This document shows positions 27,808-37,050 of a stretch of DNA of 37,050 bases, piece after piece; within the stretch, counting starts at the first letter, position 1; every line of letters begins with the position of its first letter. The stretch spans positions 1-37,050 of the forward strand of contig CAYJRR010000034.1 of NCBI GenBank assembly GCA_964372275.1. The letters run 5' to 3'. Made by a program: the position numbers and the translations under genes. The stretch comes from an uncultured bacterium. Its GTDB lineage: Bacteria > CAYJRR01. Under the pieces are notes generated by a model. It was not told the DNA's origin. It ran no database searches and was given only the letters and a program-made list of their open reading frames with translations.

Positions 27808-28503
27808 CTACCCGCGCAAGCAGCGCTCGATGGCCCGGACCTTGTCGGCGAGGACCTCGGCCGTCTGGTCGATCGTCCAGTCGCCTCCGTCGACCACCTC
27901 GGCATCGTCGGCCGGCTTCATCGGCGCCAGGTCGCGCGCGGCGTCGTCGCGGTCCCGCTTCTCGACGTCGGCGCGTGTCTGCTCGAGCGTGATCGAGGGG
28001 TCGACCGCGGCAAGCTCTCGGTGGCGGCGCCGGACGCGGACCTCCATCGAGGCGGTGAGGAAGAACTTCGCCTCGGCGTCGGGAAAGACGACCGTGCCGA
28101 TGTCGCGCCCCTCCAGCACCGCCCCTCCGGCGGATCCGAGCCGGCGCTGCAGCTCGAGAAGGCCCGCGCGCACCGGACGCCGCGCGCTGACCGCGCTGGC
28201 GGCGCGGCTGATCTCCGGGGTGCGGATCAAGCCGGAGACGTCCTCCCCGTCGAGGAAGACCCGCGAGCCGGCCGCCGCCGTCCCGGGCTCGAGGCGCAGG
28301 TCGATCGTTCGCAGGAGCGTCTCCAGGCGCGCGTCGTCGTCGAACGGGATTCCGCGCCGCGTGGCCGCGAGACCCACCGTCCGGTAGAGCGCGCCGGTGT
28401 CGATGTGGACGTAGCCGAGGATCTCGGCCAGCCGCTTCGAGACGGTGCTCTTCCCCGCCCCGGACGGGCCGTCGACCGCGACGACCGGACGTGCGCGCCT
28501 CAC
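27808..28503 (-). CDS. cmk: Cytidylate kinase
   Basis: Motifs VAVDGPSGAGKST, IDTGALYR, EGRDIGTVVFPDA and RDRDD. Confidence 0.97.
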   Translation of the reverse strand: MRRARPVVAVDGPSGAGKSTVSKRLAEILGYVHIDTGALYRTVGLAATRRGIPFDDDARLETLLRTIDLRLEPGTAAAGSRVFLDGEDVSGLIRTPEISRAASAVSARRPVRAGLLELQRRLGSAGGAVLEGRDIGTVVFPDAEAKFFLTASMEVRVRRRHRELAAVDPSITLEQTRADVEKRDRDDAARDLAPMKPADDAEVVDGGDWTIDQTAEVLADKVRAIERCLRG

Positions 28504-29804
28504 AGCGCCTCCGTCACCTTCTCCAGGTCCTCGAAGAACCCCGGGTAACTCGTTTCGACGCAGGCCACGTCCTCGATCACCGTTTCGCCGCTCGCAAAGC
28601 ACCCGGCGATCGCCGCGGTCATCGCCAGGCGGTGATCGCCTCCGCTCGAGACGCGCGCGCCGCGCAGCTCGCCCCCTCCTTCGATCGCGAGCCCCTCCCC
28701 TGACTCCTCCACCTTCGCCCCGAACGCACGGAGAAGCCGCGCCGTGCCGGCGAGCCGGTCGGACTCCTTCACGCGAAGTTCGGAGGCGCCGACGATGCGG
28801 GTCGTCCCGGCCGCTCGTGTCGCCGCCAGTGCCAGGACCGGCACTTCGTCGACCAGCGCCGGGATCTCGGCGGACGGGATCTCCGTGGCCGAAAGCGAGG
28901 TCGCGGTCGAGACGACGAGATCGCCGATCGGCTCGCCGGAGGCCTCGCGCTCCCCCTCGATCGCCACCTTGGCCCCCATCCGCCGGAGCGCCTGCACCAA
29001 CCCCAGCCGCGTCGGGTTGACACCCACCGCCGCGAGACGGAGCTGCGACTTCGGACATCCCAGTGCGCCGACCAGGAAGAAGGCGGCCGACGACGGGTCG
29101 CCGGGAACGAACACTTCCTGGGCGTCGAGCGCTCCCCCCCCCTTGATCGAGACGTATCCGGGCCGCCGGGTGAGGGCCGCGCCGAAGTGGAGCAGCATCC
29201 GTTCGGTGTGGTCGCGGCTCTCGCCAGGCTCGGCAATCGACGTGATCCCCTCGGCGCGAAGCGCCGCGAGGAGGATCGCCGACTTCACCTGGGAGCTCGC
29301 GACCGGGAGCTGGTGCGCCACCGCCCGAAGCGGAGCACCGCGGATTCCGAACGGCGCGCGGGTGTCGCCCTTCGCGCCGAGCACCGAGGCCCCCATCGCC
29401 TGGAGCGGCCGGAGCACCCGGTCCATCGGCCGGCGCCGGATCGACTCGTCGCCGGTGAAGAAGGTGGTGAACGGCAGCGACGCGGCGAAGCCGGCCAACA
29501 GCCGGATCGAGGTGCCGGAGTTCCCGCAGTCGATCACCCGCTCGGGCTCGGCGAGCGGGCTCGCGCCGACCGAGGCCGCCCCCGCCACCTTCCAGGCCTT
29601 CGGGGTGCGCTTGATCTTCACCCCGAACGCCTCCACCGCCGCGGCGGTGGCACGGCAGTCGAGTCCGAGCAGCGGTCGGGTCACCGTCGTCTCGCCCTTG
29701 GCGAGGGCCCCGAGGAGGAAGGCGCGATGGGTGATCGACTTGTCGCCGGGGGGCTCGAGCTCTCCGCGAAAGCGGCGCGGACCTTTGACGGTGTAGCGCT
29801 TCAC
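28500..29804 (-). CDS. aroA: 3-phosphoshikimate 1-carboxyvinyltransferase (EPSP synthase, class II)
   Basis: Motifs PGDKSITHRA, DCGNSGT, ASSQVKSA, SRDHTERML, ELRVKESDR and DHRLAM. Confidence 0.98.
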   Translation of the reverse strand: MKRYTVKGPRRFRGELEPPGDKSITHRAFLLGALAKGETTVTRPLLGLDCRATAAAVEAFGVKIKRTPKAWKVAGAASVGASPLAEPERVIDCGNSGTSIRLLAGFAASLPFTTFFTGDESIRRRPMDRVLRPLQAMGASVLGAKGDTRAPFGIRGAPLRAVAHQLPVASSQVKSAILLAALRAEGITSIAEPGESRDHTERMLLHFGAALTRRPGYVSIKGGGALDAQEVFVPGDPSSAAFFLVGALGCPKSQLRLAAVGVNPTRLGLVQALRRMGAKVAIEGEREASGEPIGDLVVSTATSLSATEIPSAEIPALVDEVPVLALAATRAAGTTRIVGASELRVKESDRLAGTARLLRAFGAKVEESGEGLAIEGGGELRGARVSSGGDHRLAMTAAIAGCFASGETVIEDVACVETSYPGFFEDLEKVTEAL

Positions 29805-30691
29805 GTCGCAACGCCTCCTTCGGGAGGGACGGTCCCTTTCAGGTCCCGGATCGCCTCGAGCAGCATCGCCAGCTCCCGTTCCCCCATGCCGATCGCCGCG
29901 TCGAGCTCTCCGAGCGTCTCCTGGAAGGCGGCCAGCGTCTCCTTGACCGCCGGCCGGTTCATGCGGAACAGCTGCGTCCACAACGCGGGGTCGCTGGCGG
30001 CGACGCGGGTGGCCCCGGCGAACGACGGCCCGGCGATTTTGGCCACGCGCGCCGCCCCCGCCTTCGCGGCGAGCTCCTCCCCGGCCGCCAGGCGCGACGC
30101 GGTGAGCTGCAGGGCGTAGGCGATCAGGTGCGGCAGGTGGCTGACGCTGGCGACCAGCCGGTCGTGCGACTCGAGCCCTTCGTACGACACCTCCGCGCCC
30201 AGGCTTCGCCAGAAGGCGCCGGCGGTCGTGTAGGTGGTGAGGTTCGTCTCTTCGGTCGGGGTGAGGATCACCGGGCGGCCGACGAACAGGTCGGGATCGG
30301 CCGCGCCCGGCCCTTGCCCGGCGGTGCCGGCCATCGGATGCCCGCCGACGAAGCGCGCCGCGTCGTCGCCCGCGTCGCGCAACACCGCCGCCACCACCGG
30401 CGCCTTCAGGCCGGTGCAGTCGGTGACGAGCGCGTTCGGCGCCGCCTCGAGCGCGCCGACGACCGCCGCCGCCGCCTCGGAGGGCGGGACGGCGACGACC
30501 ACCAGGTCGGCGGAGGGGCTCTCCGGCATCGTCGCCGCGACGGCGTCGACCAGCCCCTTGGCCTGCGCCAGCGCCCGATGCGCCGGGTCGATCTCCACCC
30601 CGATCACCCGCTCGGCGAGCCTGCGTTTCTTGACCGCCGCGCCGACCGAGCCGCCGATCTGGCCCACCCCGACGATGACCAAGTCGCGCAT
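29801..30691 (-). CDS. tyrA: Prephenate/arogenate (cyclohexadienyl) dehydrogenase
   Basis: Rossmann GVGQIGGS, FVGGHPMAG, HDRLVASVSHLPH and RVAASDPALW. Confidence 0.93.
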   Translation of the reverse strand: MRDLVIVGVGQIGGSVGAAVKKRRLAERVIGVEIDPAHRALAQAKGLVDAVAATMPESPSADLVVVAVPPSEAAAAVVGALEAAPNALVTDCTGLKAPVVAAVLRDAGDDAARFVGGHPMAGTAGQGPGAADPDLFVGRPVILTPTEETNLTTYTTAGAFWRSLGAEVSYEGLESHDRLVASVSHLPHLIAYALQLTASRLAAGEELAAKAGAARVAKIAGPSFAGATRVAASDPALWTQLFRMNRPAVKETLAAFQETLGELDAAIGMGERELAMLLEAIRDLKGTVPPEGGVAT

Positions 30692-30698
30692 CGCCGTC

Positions 30699-31811
30699 CT
30701 ACCCGTTGAGCACCGACTGGGCGGCGGCGAGAAGTCGGCGATTCTGCGCCTCGGTCCCGACCGTGATCCGCACCAGGCTCGGACCGACCGGCCGGACGAT
30801 CACCGCGCGCCGGATCATCGCCTCGAAGAACGCGCGGGAGGGCTGCCGTACGTCGGCGAGCACGAAGTTGGCCTGCGACGGCCAGACGGTGACCCCGAGC
30901 TTCGGCAGCTCGCGGGCGAGGAGGTCGATCCCCGCCGCCGCAACACTCCGGGAACGAAGGACATGCGATTCGTCGTCGAGCGCGGCCAAGGCCGCCGCCT
31001 GGGCGACGCTGTTGACGTTGAACGCCGGTCGCACCTTCTCCATCGCGGCGACCATCTCCGGGGAGGCGACGCCATAGCCGACCCGCAGACCGGCCAGGCC
31101 GTAGATCTTGGAGAAGGTGCGCGTGGTCAGGATCCTCCGCGCGCCGTCGTGGTACCGAAGCGAATCGGGGAACTCGGGATCGCGCACGTACTCGACGTAG
31201 GCCTCGTCCATCACCAGCACCACGTCGTCGGGGAGCTTCCCGAGGAACGTCTCCAGCTCGCGGCGGCGCACGATCGACCCGGTCGGATTGTTCGGGTTGG
31301 CGATGAAGATCAACTTCGTCCGCGGTCCCACCGCCGCGGCGAGCGCGTCCAGGTCGTAGGCCATGTCGCGGACCGGCACCTCGACGAAGCGCCGCCCCGC
31401 GGTCTGGGCGGCGAGCTTGTAGACGACGAAGGTGAGGTTCGCGGTGAGGACCTCTTCGTCCGGCCGGACGAAGGCCCGGACGGCGATCTCCAACAGTTCG
31501 TGGCTGCCGTCGCCGAAGACCAGGTGGCCGGGCGGAACGCCGAGCCGTCGACCGAGCGCGGCGCGGAGGTAGGGGCAGGTGCTCTCCGGGTAGAGCCAGA
31601 CGTCGCCGGCGAAGGCGCGGATCGCCTCGATCGCCTTCGGCGCCGGTCCGAGGCAGTTCTCGTTGGAGGCCAGCTTCAGCGCGTCGGGCACGCCGTACTC
31701 GCGCTCCACCTCCTTGACCGGCTTCCCCGGCACGTAGGGGGCGATCGCGTCGAGGTAGTCGGGGGTGAGCGGGCGGGGCGCGGCCATTCGTCGGCTCACG
31801 GAGTCAATCAC
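30699..31811 (-). CDS. hisC: Histidinol-phosphate / aromatic aminotransferase
   Basis: Motifs PYVPGKP, KLASNEN, IANPNNPTG, DEAY and RTFSKIYGLAGLRVGY. An alternative start is ATG 31787. Confidence 0.95.
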   Translation of the reverse strand: MIDSVSRRMAAPRPLTPDYLDAIAPYVPGKPVKEVEREYGVPDALKLASNENCLGPAPKAIEAIRAFAGDVWLYPESTCPYLRAALGRRLGVPPGHLVFGDGSHELLEIAVRAFVRPDEEVLTANLTFVVYKLAAQTAGRRFVEVPVRDMAYDLDALAAAVGPRTKLIFIANPNNPTGSIVRRRELETFLGKLPDDVVLVMDEAYVEYVRDPEFPDSLRYHDGARRILTTRTFSKIYGLAGLRVGYGVASPEMVAAMEKVRPAFNVNSVAQAAALAALDDESHVLRSRSVAAAGIDLLARELPKLGVTVWPSQANFVLADVRQPSRAFFEAMIRRAVIVRPVGPSLVRITVGTEAQNRRLLAAAQSVLNG

Positions 31812-32661
31812 GCATTCGACCCCGCGGATAGCTTCCGAGCACCCGCACCAGCGCGCCGCCGGCGGAGAGCTCCGTGAGCGCCCGCGCGAGCGGCGGATCG
31901 GCCCGGTGGCCTTCGAGGTCGGCGAAGAACTGGTAGCGCCATCGCGCCAGCGACGAGGAGAGCCCGGCCTTCAGCGGGCGGGCCTCGATCCTCCGGAGGT
32001 TGACGCCGCGCCGCCCGAAGGCGGCCAGGAGTTTGGCCACGGCCCCCGGCTCGTCGCGGGGGACGAGCACGCAGCTCGTCTGGTCGTCCCCGGTGGGCGC
32101 CGGCGGGTCGCCGCCGACGACCAGGGCCCGGACGGTCGCTCCGTCGGCGCGAAGCAGGATCTCGCCGGTGACCGGGATGTGACCGTCGGCGATGGCGTCG
32201 AGCGCCGGACCGAGGAAGCCGTGGCGGCTGTCCTCGACGGCGAGCACGCCGTAGGCCGCCCAGCCGCGCGCCACCGCCTCGATCGCCTCCGGACCGCCGA
32301 TCTCGCTCCGCAGCCGGGCGGCCGCCCCGAATCGACGCCGCGCGGCGGCGCGGCCCGCCTCGTCGGCGACCGCGATCGTCAGCGGCCCCTCGAGCGCCAG
32401 GCTCGCCGACATCACCTCGCGGAAGACGGCCTCGATCGCCTCGTCGGGGAACGGTCCGGGATTGGCCGACACCATCCGCGCCAGCACCTCGCGCTCGCGG
32501 GCCGGCGCGTGGAGCGCGAGCCCGCGCCGCGCCTTGGCCCGACCGATCGACTCGGCGAGCCGACCGCGCCGGGAGAGGAGCGCGAGCAGCTTGCGATCGA
32601 CGTCGTCGATCTCGGACCGCAGCCGCTCGATCTCGGGACTACGGCGTCGCGGCCTTGCCAT
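31804..32661 (-). CDS. pheA: PheA-like protein: chorismate mutase (AroQ) + internally deleted, degenerate prephenate dehydratase + ACT domain
   Basis: CM domain [39 protein letters not shown] and ACT domain [27 protein letters not shown]. Only 285 aa, with PDT motifs missing. Confidence 0.8.
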   Translation of the reverse strand: MARPRRRSPEIERLRSEIDDVDRKLLALLSRRGRLAESIGRAKARRGLALHAPAREREVLARMVSANPGPFPDEAIEAVFREVMSASLALEGPLTIAVADEAGRAAARRRFGAAARLRSEIGGPEAIEAVARGWAAYGVLAVEDSRHGFLGPALDAIADGHIPVTGEILLRADGATVRALVVGGDPPAPTGDDQTSCVLVPRDEPGAVAKLLAAFGRRGVNLRRIEARPLKAGLSSSLARWRYQFFADLEGHRADPPLARALTELSAGGALVRVLGSYPRGRMRD

Positions 32662-33631
32662 TGGACTTCGGGGCGTTCGGGTCGGCGTAGGCGCCGATCT
32701 TCCGCAGCTTGCGGTAGCGGCTTTCCACCAGCTCCGGACCGGAGAGCTTGGAGAGCTCCGCCAGGTGGCTCCCCAGCGAGCGACCCAACGCCTTGGCCGC
32801 GGCGTCCCAGTCCCGGTGCGCGCCGCCGAGCGGCTCCTTCACCACTTCGTCGGCGATCCCCAGCCTCTCCGCGTCGGCGGCGGTGTAGCGGAGCGTCTCC
32901 GCCGCAAGCGACGCCTTGCTGGCGTCCTTCCAGAGGATCGACGCGCAGGCTTCGGGGCTGATCACCGAATAGATCGAGTACTCCATCATCAGGATCCGGT
33001 TGCCGACGCCGATCGCCAGCGCCCCGCCCGATCCCCCCTCTCCGATCACCGAGACGAGGATCGGGACCTCCAGCTTCGACATCACCAGCAGGTTCTTGGC
33101 GATCGCTTCGGCCTGCCCCCGCTCCTCGGCGCCGATCCCCGGGTAGGCCCCCGGCGTGTCGATGAAGGTGAAGATCGGCATCCGGAACCGCTCCGCCAGG
33201 CTCATCAGCCGGAGCGCCTTGCGATACCCCTCGGGGCGCGGCATCCCGAAGTTTCGCTTCACGTTCTCCTTGGTGTTCCGCCCCTTCTGGTGACCGATCA
33301 CCATCACCGTGCGCCCGTCGAGGGAGGCCAACCCCCCGAGGATCGAGGCGTCGTCCATGAAGTTGCGATCGCCGTGAAGCTCGACGAAGCCGGTGAAGAT
33401 CCGGTCGACGTAGTCGCGGGTGTAGGGACGGTTGCCGTGGCGCGACAGCTGGGTCTTCTGCCAGGGGGAGAGCTCCGCGAAGATCTCGGCGCGGAGCTTC
33501 CGGGCCTTCTGCTCGAGGGTGCGGATCTCGTCGTCGAAGCGGACCGAGCCGGCGGCAAGCCCCCGGAGCTCCTCGATCTTCCGCTCGAGATCGACGATCG
33601 GCTTTTCGAAGTCGAGGAAGAACTCGGCCAC
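32639..33631 (-). CDS. accA: Acetyl-CoA carboxylase carboxyltransferase alpha subunit
   Basis: Motifs [44 protein letters not shown] and GEGGSGGAL. Confidence 0.99.
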   Translation of the reverse strand: MAEFFLDFEKPIVDLERKIEELRGLAAGSVRFDDEIRTLEQKARKLRAEIFAELSPWQKTQLSRHGNRPYTRDYVDRIFTGFVELHGDRNFMDDASILGGLASLDGRTVMVIGHQKGRNTKENVKRNFGMPRPEGYRKALRLMSLAERFRMPIFTFIDTPGAYPGIGAEERGQAEAIAKNLLVMSKLEVPILVSVIGEGGSGGALAIGVGNRILMMEYSIYSVISPEACASILWKDASKASLAAETLRYTAADAERLGIADEVVKEPLGGAHRDWDAAAKALGRSLGSHLAELSKLSGPELVESRYRKLRKIGAYADPNAPKSNGKAATP

Positions 33632-33718
33632 GGCGGGGTCCGTGTACTACAGCCGCGGGACGCCCCTCAAGAGATTCGTCCGCGCCTTCGCGCTACGTGG
33701 GGGCCTCCCCCAGACCCC

Positions 33719-34990
33719 CTAGAGCACCTCGTAGGTGACGACCACTTCGGCGCCACCGCCCGGAACGTGCGGGGGGACGAAGGAGATCGAGTTCGATCCC
33801 TCGTCGTAGATCCACCACGCAGGGTCCTGCTCCACGCCGTCGACCGTCACCCGGATCGTCTCCGGATCGGGGATCTCCGTCAGCTCGAAGACCGATTGGA
33901 CCGAGACGACCTCGAAGGCCAGGTCCTGGAGGATCGTGCCGAAGTTCGTCTCGCAGATCGAGCCGAAGAGCCCTCCCGTGTCGTCGACGATCTCCTCGTA
34001 TCGAGGGCCGGCGTCGGCCTGCTCCGGAAAGACGAAGCAGCCGAACGGCGAAGGCCCGGCGATCGCCGCGACGAACAGTTTCGACGGATCGCCCCCCTTC
34101 ACCGCGAGGAGTCCGTTCCGGTAGTGGTCGACGCTTTGCGGCGACGAGTCGTTCTCGTCGGAGACGAAGACGACGAACAGTCGCGCGGCGTCGCGCAGGA
34201 AGCCGGCGTTCTCCACCTGGGCGAGGGGCGCCGTCACCGCGGCGAGAGCGGCGATCAGCCCCTGCTCGTCCCCGCTGCCCTCGTCGCCTACGGTGGCGTT
34301 GGCCTGGAAGGCGGCGACGACATTCGGCGTGGTGGGGGTCAACACCTTGGGATTGCCTTGGAAGCGCCCCTGGTGCGCCGGATCGAGCATGTCGGTGGTG
34401 GTGATCGCGATCCGGTAGTCGACCTGCCCACCCACCAGCCAGTTGATGAACGTCTCGAACGAGTCGGCCAGCTTCTGCTGGCTGTCGGACATCGAGCCCG
34501 AGTTGTCGACGACGAACAGGATGTCGGCCAATCCACCGACCAGCTCCCCCTGGGTGAAGAGGTCCACCTGCACGTGCACGCCGTGCCCGCCGAGCGCCAC
34601 CGGGATCGACGGTTCGTCCGGATCGTCGCTTTCGACGTAGAGCGTGGCGAGCGCGTCCCCCGCGGCGACCGGAAGGAAGCGGATCTCGATCCCGCGCTCC
34701 TGTTCGGCGTCGAGCACCCAGGGACTGTCGACCGAGGGGACCTCGCCCGCGATCGAATACGGGCCGTTCTCCGGCTCGATCCGCAGGCCGGTCACCCGGA
34801 TCGCGCGATGGCCGACGTTGGTCGCGACGACCTCGTCGAGCAGGCTCGTCTGCTCCGCGACGCGTCCGTAGTCGACGGCGTCGGGTGTGACACGCAGGTC
34901 GCCGGGCAGCGTGTCGAGCGGATTGTCGTTGCAGCCGGCAGCCAGGATCGCGACCGCGCCGAGCGCGATCGCGCGAACCGTCGAGAACAT
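33719..34990 (-). CDS. Lipoprotein with an Ig-like (ASH/choice-of-anchor D-like) domain and a von Willebrand A domain
   Basis: ATG 34990 with SD gggagg. Lipobox LAAGC. MIDAS DILFVVDNSGSMS, and GSGDEQG and FLRDAARLFVVFVSDENDSS. Confidence 0.85.
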   Translation of the reverse strand: MFSTVRAIALGAVAILAAGCNDNPLDTLPGDLRVTPDAVDYGRVAEQTSLLDEVVATNVGHRAIRVTGLRIEPENGPYSIAGEVPSVDSPWVLDAEQERGIEIRFLPVAAGDALATLYVESDDPDEPSIPVALGGHGVHVQVDLFTQGELVGGLADILFVVDNSGSMSDSQQKLADSFETFINWLVGGQVDYRIAITTTDMLDPAHQGRFQGNPKVLTPTTPNVVAAFQANATVGDEGSGDEQGLIAALAAVTAPLAQVENAGFLRDAARLFVVFVSDENDSSPQSVDHYRNGLLAVKGGDPSKLFVAAIAGPSPFGCFVFPEQADAGPRYEEIVDDTGGLFGSICETNFGTILQDLAFEVVSVQSVFELTEIPDPETIRVTVDGVEQDPAWWIYDEGSNSISFVPPHVPGGGAEVVVTYEVL

Positions 34991-35155
34991 CGAGAGCCTC
35001 CCCTGCCGGCCGTTGCAGCACCGTGCGTGCCAGGCGCCACCGTGGTGCGACGACACGGCGGAGCCGCCATCCAGCGAGGGATTCCCGCCGCGCGGCGAGG
35101 CAGCGACGGCGCGGAGTGTCACCGCGCCACACAGTCGGCCGTTTCTGTCACAGCG

Positions 35156-36106
35156 TCAGGCGCCGGCGACGTGGCGGCGCGCGGCCTCGAGGATCGCCGG
35201 CCGATCGGAGCGTGGATCGAACCAGCGGATCCCGGGCTGGCGCCGGAACCAGGTGAGCTGCCGCTTCGCGTAGCGCCGGTTGTCCCGGGCGTCGAGCGCG
35301 AGCGCCTCGTCGAGCGACATCCGCCCCTCGTGCACCCAGCGCATGTGGCGGTAGCACAGCCCGTTGAGCGCCTTGAGCTCCGGCGAGAGTCCGCTCGCCA
35401 GCAGCCGCCGGTACTCGTCGAGCAGCCCGGCGCGGACCTGCTCCGCCTGGCGCGCGTCGATCCGCGCGTAGAGGAGCGGCCGCGGCAGGTCGAGGCCGAT
35501 CTGGAGCGCGTCGTACCGCAACCCGCCACGCCACGCCGGATCGCCGTCGCGGAGCTCGCCGATCGTCCGGCCGCTTGCCTCGAGCACCTCGAGCGCCCGC
35601 AGCGTTCGCATTCGGTCGTTGCGGTGGATCGTGGCCGCGGAGGCCGGATCGTCGCGCTCGAGCCGGGCGCGAAGCGCGTCGTAGCCGCCCGGCTCGGCGG
35701 CCCGGCGCGCGAGCCGGGCGCGGATCTCGGGGGCGACGTCCGGCGCCGCGAACAGGCCGCGAAGCAGCGCCTTCAGGTAGAAGCCGGTCCCCCCCACGAC
35801 GATCGGCGCGCCGCCACGCGCGACGATCGCCGCGATCGCCGCGTCGGCGAGCCCGGCCCAGACGGCGGCCGAGAGCGGCCGGTCGGGATCGCGAACGTCG
35901 AACAGGTGGTGCGGCACACCGCCGCGCTCGGCGTCGGTCGGTTTGGCCGTGCCGAGGTCCAGACCGCGGTAGACCTGCGTCGAGTCGGCGTTGATCACCT
36001 CGCCGGGCCGTCCGGCCGCCGCCAGCGCGAGCGCCACCTCCACCGCGATCGCCGTCTTTCCGGTCGCCGTCGGGCCGCAGAGGACGACGATCTTGGTCCG
36101 GTCCAC
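35156..36106 (-). CDS. miaA: tRNA dimethylallyltransferase
   Basis: Motifs CGPTATGKT, INADSTQVYRGLDLGTAKP, VGGTGFY, RALEV and YAKRQLTWFR. Confidence 0.98.
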   Translation of the reverse strand: MDRTKIVVLCGPTATGKTAIAVEVALALAAAGRPGEVINADSTQVYRGLDLGTAKPTDAERGGVPHHLFDVRDPDRPLSAAVWAGLADAAIAAIVARGGAPIVVGGTGFYLKALLRGLFAAPDVAPEIRARLARRAAEPGGYDALRARLERDDPASAATIHRNDRMRTLRALEVLEASGRTIGELRDGDPAWRGGLRYDALQIGLDLPRPLLYARIDARQAEQVRAGLLDEYRRLLASGLSPELKALNGLCYRHMRWVHEGRMSLDEALALDARDNRRYAKRQLTWFRRQPGIRWFDPRSDRPAILEAARRHVAGA

Positions 36107-36220
36107 GGGGACCGTTGGTAGCAGGTTCCCGCACCGCCGTCAGCGGGCGCGTCGACCGCCCGGTGGGACATCGAAGCCCCTCGATCGACGATGCATCGGC
36201 AGCGATTCCGGGAGGTTACG

Positions 36221-37050
36221 GTGGCTCCCGGATTGCAGATCGTTCGTTCCGTGGCATCCGGACGCACGGCGACGTTCGTTCTGGCGTTCGCGCTCGCCGG
36301 TCCGGCCGGCGCGTTCGCCTCCGACTGCACGAGCGTCCCCGGCACGGCGCTGGCGGCGCTCGCCGCCGACGTCCGGGGCGCGCGCACCGTCCCCTGCGCC
36401 GGCGATCCGACGACGCGATTCTTCGCGGAGGTGGCGCAACGGCGAGGGACCGAGCCGGCGTCGCTCTCGGGACTCGACCTCCTCCACGAAATCGGGGTCG
36501 CAATCGGCGTGGCGCCGAATCGCGTGCCGCGGACGCGCGCGGACGAGTCGGCGCTTGCGCGCGGGGAGTGGCGCTTCTACGAAGGGGAGGCGCTCGCCCA
36601 GGTCGCGCGCGTGCAGGATGCGATCCGGCGCGCCGCCAGGAGCGCCGCGCCGCGGCTGCTCGTCGTTCCGGTCCGGGTCGCGACCGCGTCGGGAACGGCA
36701 ACGGTGGCGATCTTCGCGGTGACCCGACCGGACGGCACGCGCGCCTACGTCGACCGCCAGGGACGCGTCTACCGGACCTTCGGGGACTGGACGACGAACA
36801 ACACCCTTCCGGCGGGGACGATGACCTACCCGTCGGGCGGCCGCCTGACGGGCGGCTGCCCAGACCTGGTCACGACGAACACGCCGGCCGTCGTCGACAC
36901 ACCCCTCGAGCGGCTGCTCGTAGCGGCGGATCGCGTCGCGGTCGCCGGGGGTCTGGTGCTCGGCGCCGCGGCGCTCGCCGGTACCGGCGGCGCCATCGTT
37001 CCGATCGCGGGGGCGGCGCTGTCGGTCTACGCGATCGTCCGGTCGTCGAC
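36221..37050 (+). CDS. Secreted protein with a DUF4781-like motif; 3' end runs off the window
   Basis: Translated by hand; absent from the ORF track. SD GGAGGT precedes GTG 36221. Signal peptide ..TFVLAFALAGPAGAFA. Motif YVDRQGRVYRTFGDWTTNNTLPAGTMTYPSGG, then Gly/Ala hydrophobic helices. The frame is open to the window end. Confidence 0.75.
   Translation, partial: MAPGLQIVRSVASGRTATFVLAFALAGPAGAFASDCTSVPGTALAALAADVRGARTVPCAGDPTTRFFAEVAQRRGTEPASLSGLDLLHEIGVAIGVAPNRVPRTRADESALARGEWRFYEGEALAQVARVQDAIRRAARSAAPRLLVVPVRVATASGTATVAIFAVTRPDGTRAYVDRQGRVYRTFGDWTTNNTLPAGTMTYPSGGRLTGGCPDLVTTNTPAVVDTPLERLLVAADRVAVAGGLVLGAAALAGTGGAIVPIAGAALSVYAIVRSS

Noticed and set aside
31804-32661. pheA as a pseudogene
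   Set aside because: There is no frameshift or stop, the CM and ACT domains are well preserved, and the gene overlaps both neighbours, so it was kept as a CDS.
32462-36121. 1219-aa plus-strand ORF
   Set aside because: Antisense shadow of accA, the VWA lipoprotein gene and miaA.

Overview
High-GC window from what looks like a deltaproteobacterial, Myxococcota-like chromosome (inferred from gene content). About 24 kb is a minus-strand housekeeping run: miaA, VWA lipoprotein, accA, pheA-like, hisC, tyrA, aroA, cmk, rpsA, ihfB, HIT, TPR/2x cNMP protein, accD, folC, lptD, then trpE-G-D-C-F-B-A. The left end holds eno and a putative porin-cytochrome cluster: an Ig-like lipoprotein with an atypical CX4CH heme domain, a beta-barrel, and a cytochrome with at least 10 hemes that the ORF track missed. 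A plus-strand metal-uptake unit comprises a His/Cys-rich DUF2946-like small ORF, an OM barrel, and ZnuA/ZnuB-like genes. The most unusual signal is an AT-rich ~85-bp heptamer-repeat hairpin present twice, 19,760 bp apart. Each copy sits in the same reading frame just after the start codon of an exported protein (the multiheme cytochrome and LptD), where it appears to be translated as part of the signal peptide. Also notable are a PheA-like protein with a gutted prephenate dehydratase domain and two orphan secreted proteins, one of them DUF4781-like. No rRNA, tRNA, CRISPR array or transposase was recognised.
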